Below are positions 27,341-39,648 of a stretch of DNA of 64,000 nucleotides, in pieces. The position numbers and the translations under genes were made by a program. Position 1 is the first letter of the stretch; each line of letters opens with the position of its first letter. The stretch comes from Lama glama (lineage: Eukaryota): contig CM052832.1 of NCBI GenBank assembly GCA_028534125.1, forward strand, positions 19,036,001-19,100,000, in the 5' to 3' direction. The notes beneath the pieces are model-generated. The model saw nothing but the letters and a program-made list of their open reading frames with translations, was not told the DNA's origin and did not search any database.

Positions 27341-29769
27341 GAAGGAATGGGTAATAAGATAAAACCAAAACCTGTCCAGCACAGTCATCAGTTTTCACAC
27401 CTACACACGTAATAACCAGCAGAGCAGCGCCCTACAAGATGAGACATAGCACAGATTGTAGAGACAAATCTAGAGGAAGGCGCACCATATTGGGAAACCA
27501 GGCTGGGGTAGGGGGACACTGCATTAGGGCTCCTTGAGGACAAAGGGGGCAACTCAGTGGATCTGAGATTTTAAGAGTACACTCTTAGAGGCCAAGAAAG
27601 TTTCAAGACCATGCAAAAAAACAGCACTGGAATTCCAGGTAGCTTGACAGGTTATGGGCAGGTGGCCAGCACTGCAGCTCACAATTCACACCAATAGGCT
27701 TCCCCTGACTTGGAAGCTCAGCCTTCAGCCTTGCTTAACAGCAACGAAATCATCTATTATGATTTTCTATATCATAATCCAGGGATACTTCATCATGCTT
27801 CATGTGGTTTATGGGTGCTGGGCAGGGACAAGTAGGATAAAATTAGGAAGGATGTTCTGTCCTATTTGCTGGACTTTCCCATTATCGCTGTTCCCACAAC
27901 AGGCAGCTACGATGTACCAAGCACCATATTATAACAACCCCATGAGACCTAGCCTAGAGCTCCACTCTACAGAGGAGGAACTAGGGCTTGGAGAAAGGAG
28001 AAGTGATTTGCCAGCCAGTGAGTGTGGGGCCAGGATAGAGACTCCAGTCATGGGAATCCAGAGCCTGTATCCCTAAACCCCATACCTCAACTGAGCATCT
28101 GAATGCAGGAACAGTTGGGGAAGTGTGGAGGGAAGAATTACAAAGAGAGAAGATCGAAGTTTAAAGCAATCAGCATTAAGGGGTAGGGAGAAAAATCCAG
28201 GAATACAAGACAGGCTATGACCAGGGCCAAGGGGCCAATAGATTATGAGAACATGTTGCCCTTTACTGGCTAGAGATGAAATGACTAAAAGTGAAGTAAC
28301 CACATAATTGATTGTCTAAACCCAGACCTTTTGCGAGTGGGAGGCACTGTTCATAATTATACAAGGAAGACTGTAATAAATCGAAACTGGCTTGGGAGAA
28401 CCAGGGCAACAGGGTCACCCTAACTAGAGCTACTATGGCAGAGCCTGGCTTTATTCTAATGGTGGTAATGGGTAAGCATGGATTCATCCACAGCCCCTCA
28501 GCCCCTTCATTCATCATCCTGTGGGCTGCAGGATGGCCGGTAACCCTTTATCCTTGTAGCCCTGTTCTCCACCCAACCAGATGTAGTACAGTCAGGGGAC
28601 AAAAGACACAGTTTAATAATTAATGTTTTAAATTAAATCAACAATTAACTAAGCAAGGCAGGATATCAGACTGGTTAATGGATTTCCCTTTGAGGTTCAG
28701 ACCTCAGCCATGTGACCTTAGGCAAGATCTGGGGGCTCAGATTCTCGATCTGTAAAATGGGCATGAGAGCACACACTGAGGTCTTACTTTGTCTTTAGAT
28801 GTGGAACTAAGCACTCCATGTGGATTATTTAATTCTGTCATCATTACAGACCAATGAGGCAGACACTATAATTATCTCCACTTTGCAGACCAAAGTGCCA
28901 AAGTTCATGGAGGTTACCTGACTCCAGGTCACACAAGTAATCAATACCTCTCTGGTAGAGGCTGTTTTTGGTGATTAAAAGAGACAAAACTTATTATAAA
29001 CTTGGCATTTTGACTGAAAGCCAAGAGAAAGCCCTTATATATGTGATATATGTGAGCCCTTAATGATGATAATTGAATATTCAATATTATTGTTAGCCTA
29101 CATTTATAACTGGGAAGGCACTAATCTGGATCATATTTCTAACGTACCATATGGCAGGAGGGTCCTCTGAACAAAAACCTTTAATACTCTTTAGTATCCT
29201 AAAGGGACAGCACTGTTGACATGAACCATCCCTGAGAGCCCTAAGAATCTGAAACATCCAGGCACTTCTTGCTGCAGCTGGGAAAATAAAATATTCACAT
29301 GTATCCTTAAACCCAGACAGTTATTCAAAAAAAAAAAAGGAAAAAAGAAAAACAAGCAAGTATCCTCAGTGGACAGAAGGCAGCAGAGTGGGGTGGGGAG
29401 GGAGAGAGAGAGTAATTGTTTAATAAACTGCCCCAGTTCCTCCCAAACAGAGGCTTGTGTCCCAGGAATGTATAACCGGAAATCATCGGCCACTCCACCC
29501 CCAAGAGCTGCTCACCTGTCTCCAGGAAAGCCATTAGCTTTGCAAAGGACATGTTTTATGGGCGGCCAGGGAGAACTCTACATATTTGCTTCCAATCCCT
29601 GCAAAGGTCCTGGGGCCAGAGGAGATCATCTGAACAACCTCCCTCAACCCCTGAGCAGCGCCCAGGCAGAGGGCATGGGAGAAACACCCAGATACTGAGA
29701 GATGCCACCGGCCTCCAGTCCCTCTACCAGAAAAGTCGCACCTGAGGGGTGAGGACCAGGGATTCCTAT

Positions 29770-30060
29770 GTAGGGAGATGCCCATTCAAATTTCTGGATC
29801 CTAATGGATGATGCGACCTTGGGCAAGTTAGTTAACTAGGTAGTTGAGCTCTGTTTTCCTTGTTGGTAAAATACGGATAATAAAACCTTCCTCATATTGT
29901 GAAAGAAACAATGTACTTGAATCACTACATTGTACACCTGAAACTAATATAATATGGTAAATAAGCTATACCTCAATTTTTAAAAAAAAAATGTATATTG
30001 CATGCTAAGCCCAGTGCCTGACACACAGGAGAGCTTCATAAATGTTAACTATGGTTACAA
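29770..30060 (+). mobile_element. MIR interrupted by a short L1 3' end (~29914-29990)
   Basis: gaccttgggcaagttagttaac...gtaaaatacggataataaaacc, then L1 tail tgtacacctgaaactaatataat, then cagtgcctgacacacag. Confidence 0.7.
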
Positions 30061-32723
30061 TAAGTAGTAACTGAAAATACTGCTGTGTTAAGAAGTGTGA
30101 GCACAGAAATACACAGTCCCTGAGCGCCAGAGCTTATGGACACAAACTGGAGACACATCTAACCACATAAAGTGATCGGCCATCCAGCAGGTACCAGTGG
30201 TGTGATGGGGGTTTAGAGATGAAAGAGATGGGGGCAGACAGGTGCAGGCTGGACATGCCCAGGAGGTAGAGATGAGGATGGTTGAGATCTTGATGGAGGC
30301 AAAGAAAGAAAAAGCTTGGTGAAAGCTAGAATGGATCTGGAGGAGAGGAGTGCCAAGTAAACGGGGCAGGTGGCACTCTGGCAGGAGCCAGGAGCTGCTG
30401 TCACCTCACCTGACTGACCCCAGCTGGAGTCCAGAATCTGGTCACAACAGTGAGGCAGCAGTCACTCATCTACCACTCCCCGAGGGTTCTGTAAATCCCG
30501 AGCTGCTAAAAACCAGCACAGGACTTGAGAATGACTGAACCCACACTCTGGAATGACAGCCATGGACAGGTTCCTCTACAGCAACTTTGAACACTATATA
30601 TGCTAAACTGCAAATGATACAGCAGAATTCTGATTATGAATCGCATGTCCATTTCCAACATAAATTGATGAAAATCCTGTGCTGAGTGCACAGAGAAGAA
30701 TGAACTGTCTAAATTTTTACTTTTTCTGGCTCTCCAGTTTTTACCTCCCCTGTGTCTGAAGTTATTCTACAGGGGGGCTAAATTCAGGTAAATGCTAAAA
30801 CTAGCTAGTCATCAAAGAAAATTCTTTATTTGGGTATAGCACTGGAAATACAGAGTATTTTGCAATTATATCCCTAACAAGTTCTTGCTTTCTCTAATCA
30901 GCTGTGCAAACTATCAGCCTAGGCTGAATTTTCACCCTGAGAAGGATTTCTTCCTTTATTTGCCCAATGTTGCATCTCAGCTCTTTCTAATCAGAGCACT
31001 TTTTTTCCCTCCCAGTTGCCTCTTTTCTGCCCTGAGTCACTGATGGGAGAGGAGAATGAATTTTGGTATTTTATCCTCTTGACAGAAAAGTAAATTCCAG
31101 ATGGGACTCAAGTTCAAAAATGTTCTCTTTTTGGGGCAGGAACACACGTGCCCGATTTCCTGGGTGACGCTGTTGAATCATAAGCTATCTGGCTTCATAA
31201 ACACTTTGTCAAAGGTGTACAGTGCTAACATAATAACAATGATAATTATTATTGCGCTCTTTTTCGAATTCACTGTGAGTTCCATAGAGTTGCACCTGAG
31301 CTCATGGGCACTTCAGCCGGTGGGGTCAGGGCGGCTGGGACTCACTGTTGGAACAGCCATAAATGCTCTGGTCACTGTGTCCCCAGTGTCTAGTTGAGCT
31401 TCATACTTAATAATGTTTGGTCTACCTAGAGGGCAACAGAATGTTTGTTCCTGGACCTGGAAGGCCATTAACTTTTTTTTCCAGGGAAATATTGGCCTGA
31501 AGTTCTGGGAACATTGCTTCATTGCCTGGCCTTATAAGAATTTGCTTATAAGGAGGCAAATTAACTCTAGTCTTAGAATTTTTTTCACACAAAAAAAGAT
31601 ACATGCAAGATTTTTACTACTGAAAAGGTTTCATTTGCCTGTGTCAATTATAGCTACTAAAATGATCAGCTCTAGAAAGGCTGTTTTAATGGAAACAAGG
31701 ACTTCACAGGTCCAGCCTGGGTAGGTCCATGCCTCCAAAAGGAAACAGTCCCTTCTTGGTTCTTTTAGCTGGATTATTGGGCAGGCCATCATTCTGTATC
31801 AGATTATTATTAACACATGAGGCCTTCTCATAAGGACCACGTCCTTCAATGTGTAATAGCTGTGGTCACACAAAGCAGTACAATCTCCCATCTTGGTGTT
31901 TGAATTATGTAAATGGAAGGATAAAACTACCCAACTTCCCATCCTTCCATAGACTGAGGCTGCAGAGGACACTGAGAATCTAACCCTTACAAGATGACAT
32001 TTCAGAGTTAAGGGAGTATAGTGTTTATGTACTGAAGGGAGTGTCGGTTAAGGGAAATGTCTCAGACACAAATCTTTCTTACTCCCGCTTGGCCCAAAGA
32101 CGCACAATTTGAAAAGAACAGTTCGATGGGAGTGGGTGGGTGATGTCAAAGGACCAGAAGTAACATTGTTTTGACCAATAGAGTGAAGTCTGAACTCTGC
32201 AATGTGGCAAGGGTGGGAAAATACCCCTTCCTTCTTAAAACTTGAGACTGCTTTCTCCCAAAATTAACATTTGTCCCTAGATGAACAGTGGGTTTGATTC
32301 AACTATTACCCGCACGTCTGCGCAGAGGAGGATCTATCTCTAAGAGAATGAGGCTAAGGGTGTCCACCCCTGCCCCGGACATGGGAAGCCTGGAGGCCAG
32401 AGCAACAGGGGTCCCTCCCTCTCAGCCAATGGTGTGAGGGTCTTGCAGCCATAAAGACGGAGGCTGACTGCGCCGGATACCCTTGAGGAATTATTAGAGT
32501 AAATACTCCAGACTGGACGAAACGCGTTACCTGGGAACAGGCATGGTCCTGAGGTCAGTTTTAACAGGGGGAAAAGGGTCCCCTAAATGGTGGGTGAAGG
32601 ATGCCTGCGTGAGATGGGAAGGAGGGTTTTTAATCTGTCCTCTTCCCCTACACAGAAGCCTTTGAAAGCAGGGAAGTCAGACCAGGACTTGTGTGCCCCT
32701 CAAGGGGCCCTCCTGTAAAGGAT

Positions 32724-33223
32724 NNNNNNNNNNNNNNNNNNNNNNNNNNNNNNNNNNNNNNNNNNNNNNNNNNNNNNNNNNNNNNNNNNNNNNNNNNNNN
32801 NNNNNNNNNNNNNNNNNNNNNNNNNNNNNNNNNNNNNNNNNNNNNNNNNNNNNNNNNNNNNNNNNNNNNNNNNNNNNNNNNNNNNNNNNNNNNNNNNNNN
32901 NNNNNNNNNNNNNNNNNNNNNNNNNNNNNNNNNNNNNNNNNNNNNNNNNNNNNNNNNNNNNNNNNNNNNNNNNNNNNNNNNNNNNNNNNNNNNNNNNNNN
33001 NNNNNNNNNNNNNNNNNNNNNNNNNNNNNNNNNNNNNNNNNNNNNNNNNNNNNNNNNNNNNNNNNNNNNNNNNNNNNNNNNNNNNNNNNNNNNNNNNNNN
33101 NNNNNNNNNNNNNNNNNNNNNNNNNNNNNNNNNNNNNNNNNNNNNNNNNNNNNNNNNNNNNNNNNNNNNNNNNNNNNNNNNNNNNNNNNNNNNNNNNNNN
33201 NNNNNNNNNNNNNNNNNNNNNNN
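32724..33223. other. Assembly gap (500 N)
   Basis: Run of exactly 500 N. Confidence 1.
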
Positions 33224-33814
33224 TTTACATGCAAAAAAGTCACGGTTCTTAAGTGTCCAGTTTGGTAAGTTTTGACAGTTGTGCTTCACTCTAATTTTAA
33301 GAATAACTTACCTGTGTTTTCTGTCTTTTTTTGAGCCACATCTTTCCAAAAATCATCTTCAATAAATAGCCTCAAATTCTCTTTTAAAAGAAATCTAAAT
33401 CTGGTTGTGTGACTATCACCTTGTGACACTGTCTCCTAAAATAAAGCAATAATGGCCCAGTCTATTACAAAGTCGTCACATTGGTATGAAATTCTGGGTA
33501 CACCCTTCCAGTGTTTGTTCCTTATAAAAAAAGAATCCTGCCTTCATTGTCTAATCCTTGTCTTACACAGTCCCCAGTAGTAAGTTCATTTTCACTTTGT
33601 AGAATTTGAAAAGAAGGCTCAGGGTAAAATCTGTTTTGAAATAGACAATGGATCATAGTGGTGAAAACAAGATTCATCTGTCTAGAAGAATGACACTTCT
33701 CCAAGACTCTCCTTTTGAGGTCAGAAACATAAAGTGTCTTTAAGCTCTTAACAATGGCCTATGTCTCTCCTTCAAGTGGGATAAATATTTACGTTCCTGT
33801 TTTGATTCTGGCAG

Positions 33815-33964
33815 GTCGATGAACTCTATGAAGGTTATTGTATCCAAAGACGCCTCCAAGATGGTGCCAGCAAAATGAAGCAAGCCTTTGCAACTTCCCC
33901 TGCCAGCAAAGCTGCCCGGGAGAGCCTGTCGGAGATCAGCCGGAGCTACAAAGAGTACACAGAG
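33815..33964 (+). CDS. RIPOR2: RIPOR2 coding exon ([10 protein letters not shown]...RSYKEYTE), 150 nt, phase 0/0
   Basis: ttctggcag|GTC acceptor, GAG|gtaggt donor; manual translation. Confidence 0.96.
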
Positions 33965-34984
33965 GTAGGTGCTGACCTGCCCAGCTGCAGAACTCCACCT
34001 GGCCCGATCTGAATCATTGGTACCAGCCAAGAACCAGGGGAGTGGCAACCTGCAGCCTCCTCTACTCTTTAGAGAGAGAAGTTTTACTGTTTGTCTGTCT
34101 TGCATTTTCTTATTTTAAATGACTCTTGGGTGATTTTGTTGGTTGTATTTTTGTTTGGAGCCTCCTGTGGACTTCAGAGCATGTGACGTTCTCAGTCTGT
34201 GAGCATCAGCTGTCAGGCATTCACCTCCTGAGGCCTTATAATAATACGCTTGTTCATGGATGTGGAAAACCACAAGATCTGAGACGCTGTGATGTCATCC
34301 ACTGACCAAGTCTTATACTTTATGTGCTCCATTCGGCAGGGTGTATGGTCTCTGCATGAGTGGACTACAAGCACTTGTTGAAGTTTTCAGCAAATGAATA
34401 AGCCATAAATGCCCTGGTTTTTGCCATTTAAATGCACTTCTGGATTCTCTAGTGTACAATCCAGTGTAGCTTTATCCCTGGAAGTCGAGCAGACCTTGTG
34501 GTTAAGACGGCTACCCTCAATGCTGCGTTCTCTGACATCCTGCCTACAATTATTTTATTGTAAGAAACGTCCCTTCTATCTTAAACGAGGCAAGACAAAG
34601 AGCCATGAACAGAAGTGTGCTTTCATGGTTTCTGACTGTCCCTGGGGCCCAAACATATGACACAGGGAGGTCTTTGCTCCTCTGAGGGTCACCTGATACC
34701 AATGTCTTTGATGAAATGATTGAATTATTAAAGCAGCACTTCTCACTATCCCATGAGTCTTTGTTCAGAGATCCAATTTCATGAATGAAGTCATCGGCCT
34801 GATGAAGATCTGTTGGACCATTCCCAGAGCTGAGCATCAGTCTCAGCCCTGGGATGGGAGGGACCTCTTAGATGACTTGTTACAGGATCGATTCATGTGA
34901 TCACTGCAGCAGTGCCTCTTGTCTGAACTGTGTGTGTCCTTTTTTTATGGTCTAAAACTTCTTTACCTAAGTTCCCCTTTTGGG

Positions 34985-35421
34985 AGGATGCTTTTTGAAT
35001 GCATAAAATGAAACCCATAGGAATTCAAAGGAAACAAGTTATATTGAAATACAAAATTTAATATTGTCACTACATTGATCAAAATATTTTTAAAATCAAA
35101 TGTGTGCTATAGCACTGTACTGCTGCTTCATTAACAAATTGAACTACAATATTTAACAGTGGCTCCAGTAACTACTGAAGTTTCAAACTGTTGAAAAATA
35201 GAAATGATTTCTCAAGATACCTGCAACAATTGATGTGACATGAACATATTCATGACTTCTATCTGGTCAAAGTCACCAGTACTAGCCGTACGGCTGAGAC
35301 TTGTCTTCCCCATTCATGATATGTGGATGAATTAGATTTCAATAAGACGTTCGTGGAGATAGCACTGTGACTTTCTTTTTTCCCCATCCAAGTTGATGGA
35401 GCCCAGGTTAAGAATCTCTGG
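34985..35421. mobile_element. hAT-Charlie (Charlie1-like) DNA transposon fragment
   Basis: Terminal ...ggagcccaggttaagaatctctg; AT-rich internal sequence. Confidence 0.55.
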
Positions 35422-35914
35422 CTTAGAAGCATCCCTACCTCGGGAGACTGCATTTCTACCCGTCACTAAAATCAAAATAGCAGTTGCCAATAACAGGGGC
35501 CATGCATAGTACACAGAGGACTAACCTAGAATATTTGCAGGTCGTTTCAGAAATACCTACCCACGGTCAGGGGCTAAGACGTGACATCATATTTGCTCAC
35601 AAATTCAAAGATGTGGAGTATAATTTCAGCAAGAAGAAGGGCTACCTTAGAGAAGAAGGAAGTCCAGGACTTCCATAGCTTCTACCTCACTTGACATCAC
35701 ATCAGGTGGTTTTGTATCCTCACATAACCACACAAGGCAAGATTTTATCACAGAGTGGGTTTAGGGCCAGATGGTTCTAGGTGCCTTTGCAAATATAGCA
35801 ATATTCATCAATGTTTGCCTGGGTGAGATGGAAGAAAATTTCTGTCCACGGATTTCCTCAACTGTGAAAGTAGCCACCCCGCCCCGAACCATGTTTTTCG
35901 AAGACACTGTAGCA

Positions 35915-36070
35915 GGGGGAGGGTCATAGCTCAGTGGTAGAGTGCACGCTTAGCATGCATGAGGTCCGGGGTTCAATCCCCAGCACTTCTGTTAAAAATA
36001 AATAGATAAATAAACCTAATTAACTCACCCCTCTGCACACATACAAAAGAAAAAAAATGTTAAAAAAAAA
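35915..36070 (+). mobile_element. tRNA-Ala-derived SINE (vic-1-like) with 14-bp TSD
   Basis: A box tagctcagtggtagag, B box ggttcaatccc; TSD aagacactgtagca at 35901-35914 and 36071-36084. Confidence 0.92.
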
Positions 36071-36800
36071 AAGACACTGTAGCAATCCTGACATACATTG
36101 ATAACATCGTTGCTATTTCTAGAAACAGTAATGCATTCCTTCCCAGAAACACCCAGTGCTCTGAGGAAGAAAACTGGTTTACAAAACTGAGACTCTGCAG
36201 AGCTCTCCAGCTGCCCCGAACTCAACCTCAGGAAGTTTTCCCCAGCTTTGCTAAGCTATTAGAGGTACTGACGTTGAAGGGTCAGAACCTCTAGCCTGCA
36301 AATCATTCCTGAGGTCCTCTGCAAACAAAATCCAAACGGAAGCAGCCCCTGTCAGGGCTCACTGAGCCGGCCTAGCCTTAGTGGGCGTGGTTAGGCCTTG
36401 GTGGGCGTGGCCAGTCCCGAGCCCCCAGCCGTGATGGAGGGAGAAAGCGCCCAGTGGCCGGAGTGGGGACTTCTTGGAACAGCAAAGGGGTCAAACTTAA
36501 ACTGGCCACGCTGCAGGAGGGCTTCACCGAGGGCAGCCCCCTAGCCACAGCGCTTTTTCCTCTAGATTTTTAACTCTGATTGCTCTGTTTAGGTCCTCCA
36601 ATACTGAGGAAGTAGGGTGGGTGTGGGTAGATCTCTAACCGGAGGCATAGATGTTGTCTCCTGTCTTTACTGGTCCCTCAACATTAGCGTGAGGAGAGGA
36701 CGCTTGTCAAACCCAAGGATCACTTTGGGGGCTTTACGACGATGTGGCCATGAGGCGAGTGAGCCTCACTCACTTTGAGTAGAATTGAGTTACTGAGCAC

Positions 36801-37010
36801 TTTTTTTTTTAAATTTTTTATTGAAGTGTAATTGATTTACAATGTTAGTTTCAGGTGTACAGCAAAGCGATTCAGTCATATATACGCATACATTTTTTTT
36901 CAGATTTCCCTCCATTATAGCCCACTACAAGAAATTGAATATAGTTCCCCATGCCACACAGCAGATTCCTGCTGTTTATCCTATATAGTAATGTGTATCT
37001 GTTAATCTCA
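36801..37010 (-). mobile_element. L1 3' end fragment
   Basis: Poly-T, then ttattgaagtgtaattgatttacaatgttagtttcaggtgtacagc...gaatatagttccc. Confidence 0.85.
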
Positions 37011-37237
37011 ATTTTTGCACCAAATTTTTATTAAGAAAAATTTCAAACATACAGGAAAGTCAAGACTAGTATATTGAACATCGTTTATTTAGACAACCAA
37101 TTGGTAATGTTTGGCCATATCTGCTTTCTTTCTTTTGTATATGCTCAATTTTTTTCTTTTTCTTTTTGCTAAGTCATTTGATAGTAAAGTAAAAAAAAAT
37201 GACATTTCGCCCCAAAAATATTTTAGCAGGCATTTTT

Positions 37238-37392
37238 TTAAAACATTTTTTATTGAGTTATATTCATTTTGCAATGTTATGTCAAACTCCAGTGTAGAGC
37301 ACAATGTTTCAGTTACACATGAACACACATACATTCATTGTCACATTCTCTTTCGCTCTGAGCCACCACAAAATCCTATATATATTTCCCTG
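37238..37392 (-). mobile_element. Young L1 3' end with 14-bp TSD, nested in an older L1M
   Basis: TSD tagcaggcattttt at 37224-37237 and 37393-37406. Confidence 0.88.
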
Positions 37393-37967
37393 TAGCAGGC
37401 ATTTTTAAATGACAACCTCTGAACATGTGTATCCTCTGCATAACCACCTACCCTTACCACAACTAAGGAAATTACCAGCCATCCTATAGAATTATCTGAT
37501 ACCCTGTGCATTTTCAGATTTCCCTTATTTGGCCCAAGAATATCCTTTATAACTGTCTTAGTTTGTTTACTTTCGAATCAGAATGTAATCAAAGTTAAAA
37601 CATTGCATTTGATGGTAATGTGGCTTTAATCATTTTAATCTAGATTTTTTTTCCCATGATACTACTGCCTTTTTGTATCCAGGTCAGTTCTCTTAGAATC
37701 TCCCGCACTCCGGATTTCACTCTGGATTTCTCTGTTTATGAAATAATTTAACTGGATCTTCTATGCTCTAAATTTCCTGTGCACTAGAAGGCTTGCTTAG
37801 GCTTAGGTTGAACGTTTTGTCAAGATTGCTGCATAGGCTGGGGCCCTGTAGTTCACTGCAAACAGGTAAACGTCTCCTGTTCAAGCAATGGTTGTCCTCG
37901 GCTCTTGCAACATCACATGCTTGGAAAGAAGCCTTGCCCTAATGCCAGTCTCTTGTGCTCTTCCTAG

Positions 37968-38031
37968 AACATGTGCACCATTGAAGCAGAGCTGGAGAAA
38001 CAGCTGGGGGAGTTCTCCATCAAGATGAAAG
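37968..38031 (+). CDS. RIPOR2: RIPOR2 coding exon (NMCTIEAELEKQLGEFSIKMK-G), 64 nt
   Basis: cttcctag|AAC acceptor, AAAG|gtattc donor. Confidence 0.95.
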
Positions 38032-39484
38032 GTATTCTTTCCCCTGTTTCAAGCGAGTAAGGTGCCATCTCTGTGGAGCTCCTTGACATTTGACATCACA
38101 CACTCTTTTTATTTTCCTTGCAAAGATGTTGCACCACCCTCTGTCACCCCTCTCCACTTATGTTATAATTTATTGATGCTCCAGAACTTCTCATCCTGAC
38201 ACTTGCCTCCACACCTAAATATTTCCTGTGACAGGTTCTCAAACATACACAGACATGGAGAGAATATTACAAGGGGCCCTCATAAACCCGTCACTGAGGC
38301 TTGACATTACAGGATTTTGCCAACTTTGCTTCCTCTTGTTTTCTTTTCTGTAGTTTTTCCTTTGATGAAATAAAACCCAGATATGGGCGTCTCCCCCTGT
38401 AGATTGCAATTTGCCTCTCTTAAGGACTAGGGACCCCCTTCTTACATCAGCACAATGCCAAGTATTATCCCAATGCCTCTGAATTCACTAGAATACATTC
38501 CATTATCAAATGGCCCAGTCGTCTCAAAAATGAGATGTACAGTTGGTTTGTTCAAATCAGGATCCAGACAAGGTCCATGCATTCTAATCGGTCTTCAGGC
38601 ACCACTTTTAAGTTTCCTTTTATCTAGAACAGACTCCTCCCTGGTTTTTTCCTATCATTGACTTGTCGTGTTGAAACTGTTGTTGTACAGAACGTGCCAC
38701 GTTCTAGACTTGTCTGTAGGCTTCTTGGTGATATCATTTAATTTGTTCCTTTATGCTCCCCATTTTCCTGTAAACAACCTACCAATTTCTTTATTTTAAA
38801 ACTTTTTTTTAGTGTTAAACTCATAGAGGACTATACACCTCCCTCTTTTCTCCAGCACCTTTCTGGTGTTTTCCTCCAGAAATTTTATCCCTAGAAGCAT
38901 TGTTGATTTATACCACAGGCATCTTCAGAACAAAAAGAAACTGGTTTTAGAAAAGAGAGCATCCACAGGTGTGGTCAGATTTACAGCTTAGTCACCAGCA
39001 GCGCTGTCAAACAAGGAGCCACCACACCAAGTGCATTTTCCTTCTGAGTTTTGGCCCAGTCACCGCAGCAAGGAGGGCTGGTCCCTTCTGGAGGTTTCTT
39101 AGCAGCTGGATCCCTGAGTTGCTAGTGGGGATTTAATCACCCTCTTGTCTACTTTTTGCAATTAAGGAAGTAGAAAAGGGGCACTTTTTTTTAAAGTGCC
39201 CAACAGGAGAGCTTTATTTTTGAATGAGTGTCTAACTCAGGCAGGAGATCGTTCTGTCAAGGACTATACACGTATTGCTGCTCTGGATGAGTGTACCTGG
39301 AATCCAAATGACCTTGACCCTCAGCTTCTCCTATGACTGAGTCCATCTCTCCAGCAGATCTGATAGTGAATCAGTTTAATAGTCAATGTTAAGTCTCAGC
39401 ATTTAACTTTATGACTTAGGCAAGATGTCTGTGCTTTTTTGGTTTTTTAAGTCCATTCTCTTCATTGTGGGTCCTCACCTGAGT

Positions 39485-39648
39485 CAGTGGTTCTAAAACC
39501 ACTCAGGCCCTACCCCCACCTAAGCAAGTTAGAGTGGGAACCTGGAAAATACATATATATATATATATAATATATTTTAAAATATATATATGTTATTTTT
39601 TCATTCTTAGGATGATTCTATCAGCAGCCTGATTCTGGAAAACCACTG
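39485..39648. mobile_element. MER5-like hAT MITE containing a (TA)n tract
   Basis: TIRs cagtggttct / aaaaccactg; degenerate 8-bp TSD acctgagt / ccctgaat. Confidence 0.7.

Noticed and set aside
1..32723. Exons of the neighbouring gene CMAH, or RIPOR2 coding first exons (e.g. MQFFDAEE...)
   Set aside because: No matching peptide seen by eye in the ORF track or sequence; short exons could have been missed, so TBLASTN is needed
32648..33289. Long ORFs full of X
   Set aside because: Artefacts of the N gap
39179..39201. Perfect 9-bp hairpin gggcacttt...aaagtgccc
   Set aside because: A stem this short is expected by chance in 64 kb; not miRNA-sized
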